From the NCBI GenBank assembly GCA_964016885.1, contig OZ024741.1, forward strand, positions 345,278,001 through 345,342,000: a DNA stretch of 64,000 nucleotides, in the 5' to 3' direction. The position numbers and the translations under genes were made by a program. Shown in pieces: positions 49,685 through 64,000 of the stretch; the first letter of the stretch is position 1, and each line of letters opens with the position of its first letter. The notes beneath the pieces are model-generated. The model searched no databases and was not told where the DNA came from. It was given only the letters and a program-made list of their open reading frames with translations. The stretch comes from Eledone cirrhosa. Taxonomy: Eukaryota.

Positions 49685-50712
49685 TATCCAAAACTTTATC
49701 AATTTAGAATCTTTTTCTCAAAGGCACATATATATTTATATACTTCTTTAAAAATATACCCATCTTTCTACCTTATTTCAAAGTTATTTATTATACATTA
49801 TATAATACTTGTTACTCATTCTATATCACTCATATTTATCACTTCCCTTTCTTCTCTTTTTCTTTTAATGTCTAACCCCTAATCTGTACCTTTTCTCACT
49901 GTTGCCTAACATAGAAACAATTATTACATAATACAATACATTCTTACTCTATATCACCTTGTAAAAATCCTTCGTAAACATAAACATTTTTTTGACGTTA
50001 GATTATTCATCCTCAATTCATTATTTTTTCTCCCTTTCATCTAACTTATTTATGCTCATCTCACAACATATCCTTACTTTAATAATACATATCAACATTT
50101 TCTTTCCATCGCACATATTATTAAACCCTTAAATATTATTCTTAATACATATTAACTTTTTCTTTCCATCGCACATATTAAACCCTTAAATATTATTCTT
50201 AATACATATTAACATTTTCTTTTCATCGCACATATTATTAAACCCTTCAATATACAAACCTTAACTTTACATTATTTTTCTCTTCGTTAATTTTCAAATT
50301 CTTTTAATTTATACATTATCTTCCAACGGTTTTCAACCTCTCTATGTAAAACAATATATTTTTCTCAGTTATAAAAGCTATCTCTCTCTCTCTATCACCC
50401 ATCTCTCCGCCTATCTCATCCTTCCTCATTATACTCCTCCCTCTCCACTTTTTACTCTCATCTCCTCCTCTTTTTCATCCTTTCCACCACCCCACCCCCT
50501 CAAAATAAAATATTTTTCTCAATATCACACATCAATCTAAAACTACTTTTCATATGTTGATTTAAAACTGCACTATCCACAAGTGTTTTTTTAACCTTCA
50601 TATCATGTCTTCCTGTTTTATCTGATGAAAACACAAATATTATTGCATGATGATATTTGTTTTTGAAATGCGCATAATAAAATACATGGAACTCTTTTAA
50701 CCATCTTTTGTT

Positions 50713-50718
<6 letters not shown>
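47470..50718 (+). mobile_element. Naiad-like PLE, 5'-truncated, with a long 3' UTR and an HHR at 50614-50684
   Basis: RT/EN ORF followed by TGTTTTAT-CTGATGA-stem-GAAATGCGCATA-ATAAAATA, flanked by (TA)n. Confidence 0.88.
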
Positions 50719-50802
<84 letters not shown>

Positions 50803-52595
50803 ATGTCAGGTCACTCTTGAGTGCTACTGGTAACATGTAAACCAGTACAACCTGTCACATGGTCGGGTCGTTGGCGACTAAACTGGCAACCCCACCAAGT
50901 TTAATTGGTGAGGAGGGTGATTTTGGACACCCTGCAGGACAAAAAACAAAACCTGACAAAGGGCGGAAGAACTGATAAGAGTCAACGGCCGTCCAAAAAT
51001 GTGTAAATATGTGTATACACATGTACATATGTATGTGTATGTATATAAGTGTGTATATGCCTGGGGTGTCAGGGAGGGGCATGTACCTCTGTAGGGAGGG
51101 GATAGCCATGCCCTTTTCAGGACAGCTCCTCCTGCATTGGGTCCTACCTGACACTCAGCTCTCACCTGTGGCTCCAAGAAGCTGTAGCATGCGACAGCGG
51201 CCACACCCTGGTAAACCGCCTTGGCTGGCGGGCCGAACCAGGTTTAGGGTAGCTGGACGAGTTTGAAACCCCCCGGTGAGGTAGATAGGGGATGCCTGCC
51301 TCTGCATGCGAAGACTGGACCCGGCGGAGTGAGTGGAGGAGGAAAACATCGTCCCAACGGTCACGAAGGTGGCGACAGCAAGTGGTGTGGAACGCTAGGG
51401 CACGGCAAGGCACTACAGACGTCGTGATGGTCCTCCGTACCACCGGATTCTGGCTTCTGCGGCCGAGTGAGTGGGACCGTCACTGTGCACTGGCCCTCCC
51501 ATTATAAACCTTTCCCGCACAGGATTCTTCTTTAACGTACACTCCCAAAGCCCTGCGGCGATTATCGACCTCCACAGTCACCTTCGTGGCCACGGCAGAC
51601 GGGAACTAAAATAAAGAAGATGTCATCATCGTTTACGATGGACAACCAAGATATATATATGTTGTGTGTGTCTGTGTGTACGCATATAAGTATGTATGTA
51701 TAAATTGGATAAAATAAGAGGAGGTCGGACTCCTAATATTCCTTTAAAGTTTTATTGGTTCAACAATAAAACATTAAAGGAATATTAGGAGTCCGGCTTC
51801 CTCTTATTTTAATCAAATTAATATTCAACTCTGTTCATGCACGAGCCACGGGATTGAACATCGAAGAAGAATAACACAGCTGATTAATACTATACAATGA
51901 CAATACATATTAGTTTAACGCTTGATATAGCCGAGAAAGAGTCTGAACGTTTCTGACGCCAGTCCTTCATCGGAAGATAGAATTAGAGTTTGTTTGGTAG
52001 TGAGAACAAGAAAAAGAATATAGACAAATAAAAGAAAGAAACCATGAAAGCTGTCGATAGGAGAGAATCCGACAATGTTTTGTTGTATGATTTCAGCAGT
52101 TCATATTCATCTGAGATCTCCTTTGTTTTTCCTAACAATTGATGTTTGATAAAAAAAAAAATATCATTGATTTTTTTGTGGGGGTTGCTATCAGGAAGCG
52201 TTCAATCTCAGTTTTGAAAGCTCAGGTTCGGAGCCAGCAGTGTGATTCTTGGCAGTCTATCTTGGCTTTTCACCATACAAAGTTGTTGTTTTTTCTCGAC
52301 ACCTATTTATTTTTATTATCTCCTAATAATGATGATAACAACAACAACAACAATGATAATGGTTTATGGTTTAGGTACAAGCCCAGCAATTTTGGTGTGG
52401 GGGGGGAGTCGATTAAATTGACCCCAGTGCGTGATTGGAACTTTATTTTATCGACCCTGTAAGGATGAAGGGCAAAGCTAACCTCGGCAGCATTTGAACT
52501 CGGAACGTAAAGGGCCGTAACTCTATGTCTGACGCTCTATCGACTCTGCCAATCCACTGCCCTAACAACAAAAACAACAACAACAACAACAACAA

Positions 52596-52647
<52 letters not shown>

Positions 52648-52649
52648 AA

Positions 52650-53790
52650 TAATAAGCCCCACAATGTCTACAGACAAAAGCACATACCGGTTCGGTCGTT
52701 GCCTGGGTCAACAAGGGCCGCGTCCCTCGGGTAGGAATCAGCCTAGGGTCGAAAGGTCTGCAGATGAAACGAGCTCTTCTCCAAATACAGACTTGAAGGG
52801 TCATTTGATCGAGAATAATCTCAATCCAAGCCTTAATCTCAAGTTCAGCACCACAAGGAAGACAAAAAACTCGACGTATCAAATTGACTCGAGAAGAGTA
52901 TAAAGAAGTGTTATACACATGCTATCACTCATTGGGCCAACCGTCGGAATAAAAACACACGATGAATTCTTTCTGGAAGGATAGAAATCCAGAAATGAGA
53001 CCAAACCTGGTCGAAATCAAACTTGTAAATGTAAGAAGAGATATTCTTAGAAACAAGAGACTAACAAATGCAGAGTTGAATGAAATTAAGAAGAATGTTG
53101 AAAAAGATTTGAGAATACCAATATCAGAAAGAGATAGAAATGAATGTGACAGAAGAAATACCACAAAACGCATTGACTATGTTGTCACCAGGAGAGATTT
53201 CACAGAACATTGAAGGTATCAGAAATACAACAGAACACAGTCAAGCTGAAGAGCAGGTTGACAATATGGAAGAAGGTATTTCTACCCAGGAGCATAAAGA
53301 TCAGATAGAAAAGAAATTCTCAATGAACTTGGAAAAATTAAAAAAATATTAATAATAAAAAACATTAGTATGAGCGAAAGAGAGTCCCAACAAAAGAAAT
53401 CTCATGGCATTGATAAAATGCCAAACTTCTGGTTATCTTCTCTAACTGCTACACATGATACGTTGGTAAAATGTTATAATGAAATTATGGACAATCCTGA
53501 GAAAACTCCTGATTGGTGTACACAAGGAATAACATTTCTTGCCAAAATTGACAATAACAAATATCCTCAAACATTATCGTCTTATCACTTGCCTTCCCAC
53601 ATCATACAAATTCTCACCTCAATCTTGACTGAGACAACCTACAAATTTATGGATGAAAATCATCTTTTCCCTACTGAGCAGAAGTTGTCGCCGAGAGCCT
53701 TACGGGTGCAACTGGGAACAGCAAGGACCCTCCGGTACGTCCTGAATATCTGAGGCTGCAGGTAGCGTCTTGGTGTTCGTTAGAGCAAAA
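52650..53790 (+). mobile_element. R4/Dong-type LINE with a large internal deletion
   Basis: N-terminal region and RT start (GIDKMPNFWL...PDWCTQGIT...FPTEQK) joined directly to the C-terminus LGTARTLRYVLNI*. It is preceded by (AAC)n(AAT)n. Confidence 0.78.
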
Positions 53791-56700
53791 GATTCAGCCC
53801 TAGTTACTCAAGGTTTACTTTTAAATTCTTTGTTACGGTCCCCAAGGTTTCAATAATAACTGGCAAGATACATAACCTTGTCAACTTCTTTTCCTCCGCA
53901 CAAGTGAATTTCTTGCTTTAAAAAAATAAAATGATCATGCTTCGTCAATTACCAGGTACCCATTTATTCTTCTGATCAATGATTACAATATCCGGCTTGT
54001 TATGCTGTATTTTCCTTCGGTTTATATGCTGTTGTTTTTTTCAAATTATTTAATGTAAATAATTTGATCAACATTGAGCTGACTTTGATTACCGAAGACG
54101 ATTGTGCCAGATTTCTTTTTAGGAATATTTTAAGGGATTTAATAAACGTAAATAAGCAATGAATGGTTAAACCAATGTTACACACTTTTGTTTTTGGCAT
54201 GTTGTATATAGGAGATGAATTGGCAGAGTTGTTAGAACGTTGGATAGAATGCTTTACGTTATTCGTTTCAGCTTTCTGAGTTCAAAGCCACCGAGGTCAA
54301 CTTTGCCTTTCATCCATTCGAGGTCGATAAAAAAAGTACCAGTCATGTACTGGAGTCGATTCTTTCTATACATCTCTTTCTCACTTCCATTCTCACACTC
54401 TCTATCCGTCTCTAGAAGAAATCTGCTTGTATTCAGACCTGAAGAAGAGATGAGCTCCACCAGGGTTGAAAATACCCTAGAAACACCGTATGTTAATACG
54501 GTGCCCCTGCGTCTCCCATGGGAGTTACGGGATAAAAGAAAGGAAGAATATAGTATAGTATGTGGTTTTAAATGTATCTATGTTTACAGTAATGTAGGGC
54601 GCGACAACGCTTGTAATCCTTTGCAAAACTTCAAAATATTTTCATTCTTTTACAATTCTACAAGTAACTACTGATGTCAACGCCTCACTCTTTATATTAT
54701 AAAAACAATTTCGCTTTTTTCTACAGTAACGATGAAATTGACGATGACGAAATTAAGATGCAGAAGATGAAATTAAAGTTGACGATGATGTAATTAATGT
54801 TGATAATGACGAAGTTATGGGTTGGGTGGAAATTGAATATTCTTTAAATAGTCAGAAGATAGCAGTCGTTATTGTTGTTGTTATTGTTTAGCCCCAAATC
54901 AACTCTATATCAGCGTTCTCAAGGTCAAGGACTCAAGAGTGGCATTTGACTCAGTGGGATTTGAACTCAAAATGTAAAGAGACACTACAAATAGGGAATA
55001 ACATTTTGTCCAATGCTCTTATTATTCTGCAAACAAGGCCAGTAATTGAGTGGGTGGTGGTTAGTTAATAAATCAACCTTAGAAAGATGTAAGGCAAAGT
55101 TGACTTCAGTAGCATTTCAACTCATAATGCAGGGCCCTAATTGAAACAGCAAGGCATTTTGTTAAAGTGAGATGGGATAAGATGGGGAGTGATTTCCACC
55201 AGTTATAATGCTAATCTGCAATACAGCTGATAGGCTTCTATTTTTTCCCTCAAAATAAATACACATATGATAGTAAGTGGAATATGTGAACTGGGATAAA
55301 ATGTAGGAGGGGCAGGTTTTTCGTTTCAAATTATTCTTAATTCCGTTTTCCCTTTGGTAAATTCCCTTTTTTTTTCCACTTTCACTATTGATGAATTGGG
55401 TGTTTTCCATTTTATTAAATTTTATGGATAAATTAAACAAGTATGGAATAGGCTAGGGACAAATTCCGAGTTTTAGTAAAATATTAGTCACGAAAATTAT
55501 TCTGCCATGAGCCATAGAAAAGTAGAGTGCGGGATGCGTGTTTGAAACCTCTGATCTACATTGTTGAATGTATCTCTCCTTTTATATTTTTTTGTCTGTG
55601 ATTTGAGGACAATTTGGCTTCTATTTCTAGCAAATCGGGTCATCCTCTAAAACATTTGCTGATTTCAGTCTTTATTTTTTTCTTTTTTTTTTTTTTCTTC
55701 ATATTATTACATCGACGGCGCTTTTGTCAATACCTAATCACTGTCCAATATTTCTGCAGGATAAAAAAAATCTGTACACTGTCTTGTATGAGGTCATCCT
55801 TTGAACATTAGATAATTGATTTCTTCATTAATATTGTGCCGTTGTTTCTTTATTCTCTTTTCCTAATTTATATGATAGCATGAGAAGCAGACATCTTTTT
55901 TCTTACAACTTTGTTATTTGTTACGATGAGATAAAAAAAAAACATCGACAATGGAAATAATAATAAAAATGTAATAGTAATTTATGAAAAATGCCAGCAA
56001 CTGGGGGTGAAGGACTCAATTATATCAACCACAGATCTTTACTAGTATTTCATTAAATCAACTCCAGAAGGACGAAAGATAAAGTTGACCTCGGTGAGAT
56101 TTGAACTATAAAAAAAAATCAAAGGCGACTAAGCATTTTTCCGACGCTCTAACGACTCTGCAAATTCACCACGCTAACCAAAAAATGTAATAACTGTTTC
56201 TACTTTAGACACAAGACCAGCAATTTGAAGAGAAGAGGAAAGTCAATTAAATCGATCCCAGTGCATTATGGATGCTTTATGTTATCGACCCCGTAAGGAT
56301 GAAAGGCAAAGTTGACCTCGGTGGGATTTGAAAAATTTAATTGTTCCTTTCTTCAGTTCCAAACAATAAGTATTGCCTTAAATCTCCAAAGTGTGCTTAA
56401 ACTTCTCTACTGGATGTTGTATGGGGACGCTATCTAGCGTACAGGAACTCGGGCGCCGTTTGTCTCGTGGGTACAGTGGACAGAATGGAGAAAGTTTAGC
56501 CTCGGAGGATAGCGAGAGCATGCAAATATTCAACGTCAATTAAATTCGTTTAAAGGTTTGCAATAATATCGAGCTATCATAATTCTCTTACATGATCCAG
56601 CACAGAAGATTAATAAGTTGGTATTAGTGATGGTTTAATCCCAGGTTAGCTCTGATAGAAAAACCAACGAACAAACGTTTTCCAATCATGGTTTCAGGAA

Positions 56701-57493
56701 TAGTGTATCTAGGATCTTATTATTCAAAATTTCTTTCTCCATTTTTGAAGATGGTATGGTGAGAATCTGAGAAAGATTAAACTGCTATTTCTAGCAAGTA
56801 GAGCAACCACATAGAGGCTACCTCATTGGTTCAGGTTGTAGTAAGTGATAGTACACGCTCTCTACGCTGCCAGACATACATATTCATGTGCCCATGTTAG
56901 ATATGATGAGAGACTTATCAAACCTCCTTTACCGGAGTTATAACAATTTAATCTCTTCTAAAGATAGAAAGACACAATCAGTGCACATAGGAAGCAAACT
57001 ATCTTGTACCTCTCACTCTAAGAAGTCTTGAATAACATGTAATTAAAACGTACAAATTCACTACAAACTCTAGGCTTCGTAATCTCTGATGATCTTTACA
57101 CCAACCAAACAAACATAACATAATTAAAATTTCATCCACTCGAAGGTCAGAAAATACAACAGATCCGGTATCAATTGCTAACTGTGTGCAGAACACATGA
57201 AGTAATACCCCCCAAAGGACAGAAGTGTTACAAACATCCATGAGCGCGTCCAGAAAAGAAGATTATCATGCTGATTGTTAAAGACTAAGTCATGAATACA
57301 ACCACTGCACCACATACTCATCCCTTTTTCTTTTTCTACTGATACTACTGAATGAGCTATCTGCATAACATCTCAACGAAGTCCTACCAGAGACACCAGT
57401 ATCTTCTCATTGCGCCAATTTTTCTCTGTCTCCACAAGAACAGGATTTAATCATGAGAAAAACAAGCTAAAGCACAGGGCCTCAGAAAATATG

Positions 57494-57709
57494 GCTTCAG
57501 ATTTAGACACAAGGCCAGCAATTTTGAGGGAGGGGAAAGTCGATTAAATCGACCCCAGTGCGTGACTGGTACTTTATTTTATCGACCACGTAAGGATGAA
57601 TGGCAAAGTTATCCTCGGCGGGATTTGAACTCAGATCATAAAGGGCCGTAACTCTATGCTGCAAAGCATGGTGTCCGACGCTCTACCGATACTGCCAATC
57701 CACTGCCCT
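57494..57709 (-). mobile_element. Full-length SINE with a 16-bp TSD
   Basis: GGCCTCAGAAAATATG at 57478-57493 and 57710-57725. Confidence 0.9.
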
Positions 57710-57839
57710 GGCCTCAGAAAATATGAGAAGGCGTGTAAAAGTATGTGAATGAGGCTTAAGAAACAGCTACTGTAGTGTGCGAAATCATTAAGTCAAAAAT
57801 TGTCTGCAACCAATTTCCGTGGCCGGATTCCACGAATGG

Positions 57840-58140
57840 CTAGGATGTTTGACTAACGATAGTAAAACCCGAAACTGCTGAGCTCCGGTGGATCAGGTAT
57901 TTGGAGGCCATGGGTTTAGAGTAATGCGAATGGAGGATTTTTACTTTGTTATTTCTCGTTTCTAGCCAGAGTTCTGTGTCTAAAACATGTAGTCTGTGAT
58001 TGAGATGATTGGCTGGCCAGTCTATTGTCACTTAATTATTCGACTGGATGGAGTTGGCTATTTGCTGAATGTTCTCTGTTGTGTTTATTTCTAGTTCCTG
58101 ACTAGTTTTCTGGTGGAGGTGCCTTTACTACGCTATTAAC
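57840..58140 (-). pseudogene. PLE family B RT fragment
   Basis: RLHVLDTELWL...HSHYSKPMASKYLIHRSSA. Confidence 0.78.
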
Positions 58141-59247
58141 ATCATATATAGGCAAAAAAAACGTAGAGGAACAACAAGACAAAGACACACATACATGCAC
58201 ATGCACAAATACACACATGCCAAACACGAATGTCGTGGAAGTAGCAGCACAGATACACTTATACACAAATATGGAGACCAAATGGATGGGTGGAGACGTA
58301 ACCCCGGAGGGAGTCGTAAGGGCGCTGTATTGACATACGGCGTTTCTAGAGCATTTTTAAAACCTGGTGGAGCTCATCTCGTCTCTAAGTCTAACTACAG
58401 CAGATTTCTTACAGAGAAAGATAGAGAGTGGGAGAATGAAAGCGAAGAGATATAGAGGTAGAATCGACCCCAGTACTAGACTGGTACTTTTTTTTTATCG
58501 ATGAATAAAAGGTAAAGTTGACCTCGGCAGGATTTAAACACAGAGAGCCGAAATAAATACCGCAAAGCATTCTATCCGACGTTCTAACGACTCTGCCAAT
58601 TAGCCTCCTGCCAATCAGAGATACACGTCGAAAAGACAAGATAGAGTAAATAGAACAATATCAGAACAAAGAGGAGACACAGATGAACAAGTGTAGTCAT
58701 TGAGAATGTCACATAATGTATGACGAAAAAGCTTCGACAATTAACCATTAAACAACCAGTTGTTGATTAATCTAACCGATGAATGGTTTAGTTATTCAAC
58801 AAATAATAAACTGGAGCGTGTGTTTTATAAGCAGCAATAATCCCCCCTCCCCCTTATATAACGTATATATATATATCAGGATTAAACTAGTATTAAACTA
58901 TTAAGTCCATTATTCAACAGAGTTCTCGATAGTTGGGATAGTAGTGTGTGATTATATTAGCAAGAATCGAGGCCCGATGGCTGAACTCTTGTCGTTTCGA
59001 CAGTTACTTGCAGTGGACTAGCCATCTCATCAACGGCGTGATTTAGATGATTGAAGGGGTGTATATGCCGGTGTATGTATATGCAATAAATGTTGAGAAA
59101 TAATCTTACACTCCTGAGCCGTGGGGAGATCTGAGGTTGAGGTAAATTTTGTAAGTCTGGTGTTTGCACGAAGTCACAAGTTCGTCCCTTTTTGTTTAGT
59201 AGTTGTTCCTTGGCGAGCAAAATTTCGATGTTCTTTTCGGAGCATAA

Positions 59248-59297
<50 letters not shown>

Positions 59298-59597
59298 TAC
59301 AATTTATGCAATATATATATATTTGTTTGTGCAGAGAACAATAAAAACAGAAGTCAGGCGTAGGTAGAATGAACTATTTACCTACACCTAACTTCTGGTT
59401 TTATTGTTCTATGCACAAACACATATGTAAATGACTCTGTAACCGGGTCGGATTTTCTTCGAGGATACCGTAGGCGGTGGTCACCTACCACAAACACTAC
59501 CGATCACACTGCCGAAACTCGCTGCAACCATCCTTCCAAGGATACATTGAGTTCTAACAGCGTTATTAGTCCACAACCAGGTGGATTACGATATATA

Positions 59598-59987
<390 letters not shown>

Positions 59988-59988
59988 T

Positions 59989-60378
59989 AAGGCAATCCCA
60001 AAAGTAAGGTCTCCTTCCGATATTGCAACGTTTCCGTTAAAATCCTGTGGATGGTGCTTCGGGAAACCTCAGAAACCAAAATGCAGAGAGCATCCAGAGT
60101 GATCCGCCGATCTTTACGCATGTTTTCCTCGGAAGGAGACCTTACTTTTGGGATTGCCCTCTATATAATAACTGCGCGAAATTCGCACTTGGCTGTAGCG
60201 TTCAACAGGAGCTCCATTCTCAACGGCTGCCAAGCCAAGATTGAGCATCCCAGCGAAGCGCGCGCATGCTTGGTTGGGTGTGAAGGAAGCACCAATCACA
60301 ACAGTGTTGCCAACAGCTGTACGAACAGTTTCTCTGCGTCCCCATCGCTTTGGAGACCTTACTTTTGGGATTATCCTC
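59989..60378. mobile_element. MITE-like element with a duplicated right TIR
   Basis: GGCAATCCCAAAAGTAAGGTCTCC, with inverted copies ending at about 60159 and 60378. The TSD is unclear. Confidence 0.5.
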
Positions 60379-60463
60379 GTATATATATATATGCACGCAC
60401 ATTCGCCCTCAAACACACACACTCACACACATACATATATATATATATATACATATATATGTA

Positions 60464-60786
60464 TTAGAAAGTGAGGTTTTTTTTACTAAATGAAAAATAA
60501 CCGAGGTGTCCGACACGAGTGAAAGTATAAAGAAAAAGAGATGAAATCGAAAATGCAACTGGAGTCTTATTTTTAAAAAAAATATGTTCCTTTACCGGTT
60601 TCGCAGTTCTTCTGCTTTTCAAAAGATGAGTTGAGATGGAGGGTCTGTGGGAAAAACCACAGACCCTCCATCTCAACTCACCTTTTGAAAAGCAGAAGAA
60701 CTGCGAAACCGGTAAAGGAACCAAATAAATATATATATATTTTTTTTAAAATAAGACTCCAGTTGCATTTTCAATTTCATCTCTTT

Positions 60787-60792
<6 letters not shown>
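60464..60792. mobile_element. Fold-back family I pLTR with U3-A8 HHRs (60589-60625 minus, 60681-60718 plus)
   Basis: Palindrome centred near 60653. Other copies are at 32354-32565 and 26692-26830. Confidence 0.82.
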
Positions 60793-60868
<76 letters not shown>

Positions 60869-61437
60869 TCGTGTGTGTGTGTGTACATATATTCAAGGTG
60901 TGTAAAAAAAGTAACAGGACTTCATATGTTGTGTGAGCTATGAGTAGGGTAGGGATAAGCGGGTTCTGTCACCGTGTGGCATAATATCAGGGGAGTATAT
61001 AAATACGATCTCAGCTGTCTGCAGTCATTGTATGTTTTTTCACAGCTCTTTAATTTTAAGCCGTAGTGCGAAGTATACAGAGCAACGGACCAACCTGAAG
61101 AGTCTGTACCGAACACAGCAACATACATTCAAGGTCAGTCCCTGGCTGACCTGATTCCAGAAAAATTTGGAGCCACATCTCAGACAATGGCGCCACTAAA
61201 TAATTCAATAGATAGTTGCTTTTATATAGCCGCTTTATTGATGCTGTGAGGCTGTTTATTCTAAGTCATATGTTTTTTTCCGTTTTCTCTTTTCAACTTC
61301 TAGCTGCCTCATGAGGTCATAACTGTTGCGGTTATCACTGAAATATATATAACAGCGAATATGATTTATAACCTGTTGACTTGTTCAAGCCTATGTTTAT
61401 ATATATATATATATAAATATATTTGTATATATATATT

Positions 61438-61879
<442 letters not shown>

Positions 61880-62026
61880 AAAAGAAGTTGAAAATGTAAA
61901 TGGAGTCTTTAAGAAGGTTTATTAACAATAACGTATACTTTTACCGGTTTCACAAGTTTCATGATTTTCAAAAGTTAAGAGTAATGGAGAAATGAAGTGA
62001 AGTTATGGTCATGTACGTATGTTTAT

Positions 62027-62102
<76 letters not shown>

Positions 62103-62326
62103 ATATATATATACACACACACATACATACATACATACATATATATATGTGTGTGTGTTTGTGTGTGCGTGTGTGTGTATTGATAAAGACACACGTGTAT
62201 ACACACAATAATATACAGGTAGGTATTTGCCTTCCCAACCTACGGTGCAAAAATAAAACAATCCTGCGCATTTACTTTTCACGCACGCGTACTAACATCA
62301 TACCACATTTAACATATTGGAAAATA

Positions 62327-62394
<68 letters not shown>

Positions 62395-62584
62395 TTAGTG
62401 TGGTAACGACGAGAATGACTACGGCAAACCAATTCTACATTTGAAATATTTATACACACGCGTATGTATACACGCATAATAGCGTGTATAGTCGTGTGTT
62501 TATATGGCGAAACACCAGAATAACAAGACTCACTTTCAGCCTTAAAAGTATTGATTATATATCTTCGTTATATATATATATATA

Positions 62585-63021
62585 TGTAAAAGTTCTATTT
62601 AAATTGTTGGGATACAACAAGCAAATATTTTTATAACTGATATAAAGCACTCAACAAATAATTGGAGTAAAAATACGATATTAATAAATGGAAACTATAT
62701 TTATAAAACCATATTTATTTCATTATACATATTTCAAGGACACGAAGTTAAATTATGGCGTGCTTTCATCAGATAAAATATAATATAGAGCAGTTTTATA
62801 AATAAATATTGACATACCCTTAAAGAATGCAACCATTGCTGTAGGAGCTTCCAACAGCAATGGTTGCATTCTTTAAGGGTATGTCAATATTTATTTATAA
62901 AACTGCTCTATATTATATTTTATCTGATGAAAGCACACCATAATTTAACTTGGTGTTCTTGAAATATGTATAATGAAATAAATATGGTTTTATAAATATA
63001 GGTTCCATTTGTTAATATCGT
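62585..63021. mobile_element. Fold-back family F pLTR with HHRs (62716-62780 minus, 62916-62980 plus)
   Basis: Same structure and axis as 28140-28578. Confidence 0.88.
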
Positions 63022-63047
63022 TATATATATATATATATATATATTAA

Positions 63048-63680
63048 ACAAGGACGAATGGTTACTCCTTCATTACGTTTGTTGGTTGGTGACGCTGCGC
63101 GTTTCGCTACTAATGAGCTCAAGGTTCGATCTGTATCGATCTAGCCCGACTCTGAAATCAAAAGCTCGTCGAACCTCTGTAGTAGTAATGACAGAATGAA
63201 TATACATGGCATACAAAAAGTCTAATGTCGGTCAGTTTAAGTTGTTTTGAACGTTAGATTTTTTTGTATGCCATGTATATTCATTCTGTCATTACTACTA
63301 CAGAGGTCCGACGATCTTTTGATTCCAGAGTCAGGCTAGATCGATACAGATCGAACCTTGAGCTGATCAGTAGCGAAACGCGCAATACCAACCAATAAAC
63401 GTAATGAAGGAGTAACCATTCGTCCTTGTATCATTATTGGCAGTATCGGTAGAGGGTCAGACGCCATGCTTTACAGCAAAGAGTTACGGCCCTTTATGAT
63501 CTAAGTCCAAATCCCGTCGAGGTTAAGTTTGCCTTTCATCCTTACAGGGTCGCTAAAATAAATTACCAGTAATACACTGGGTAATTGCTAGCCTTCTGGC
63601 AAAAGTGGAAACAATTATTATATTACACTCTGTCTAGCTGTACACTTCGATACTGACGTGAACCTAAACATCGAGTGCTG
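63048..63680. mobile_element. Fold-back family G pLTR with a SINE inserted near its 3' end
   Basis: Palindrome at 63048-63429, homologous to 22185-22830. Confidence 0.8.
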
Positions 63681-63696
63681 TATATATGTATATCTA

Positions 63697-64000
63697 TCTA
63701 TACATATATATAAAACTATAGTTGTCTCTGTCTGTGTGTCCTCATTTTTGCAAAGTCTATACAAATCCACATTTCTACTCCGATTGACTTCAAACTTGCA
63801 TTTATATATTCCTTGCGGTCTAAAGATATTAACTGCAGCTTTTATTTTTCAATTTTCTGTTGTTAAAGGGGTGTTAGGCGCCGGTTATCGATCTCTGTCG
63901 CGCCCTTATAATATATGTCTGTATGTCTAGCTATCTGCATTCCGACATTATGACAAACATTGATGACGTATTATGTTCGCTATTTTCCGTTCATTGCCAG
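63697..64000 (+). mobile_element. Helitron 5' end, running off the window
   Basis: Reverse complement of 37600-37861. Confidence 0.7.

Noticed and set aside
56355-56545. Short exon-like ORF (…ELGRRLSRGYSG…)
   Set aside because: It has no clean splice context or recognisable homology.

Overview
This is repeat-saturated eukaryotic DNA, probably from an octopod cephalopod (inferred from the recurrent SINE and (TA)n richness). No host protein-coding exon could be supported, and almost all listed ORFs are microsatellite translations. The window is dominated by Penelope-like retroelements (PLEs, RT + GIY-YIG) inserted into (TA)n tracts. These include three Naiad-like copies (one with both direct pseudo-LTRs), a second PLE family and a Neptune-like fragment. 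By manual reading there are roughly 40 type-I hammerhead ribozyme (HHR) motifs in about 13 sequence families. Several families have non-canonical cores (U3-A8, A4, C4, C13) or 54-61 nt helix II domains. Two non-coding tandem HHR arrays (420 bp and 466 bp units) look like retrozymes. About 20 fold-back (palindromic) insertions are present, often pivoting on native RNA stem-loops including HHR helix II. Other elements are R4/Dong-, CRE- and RTE-type LINE fragments, a mariner, Helitrons, hAT and pogo MITEs and many SINEs. All folds and alignments were done by eye, so coordinates may be off by a few bases.
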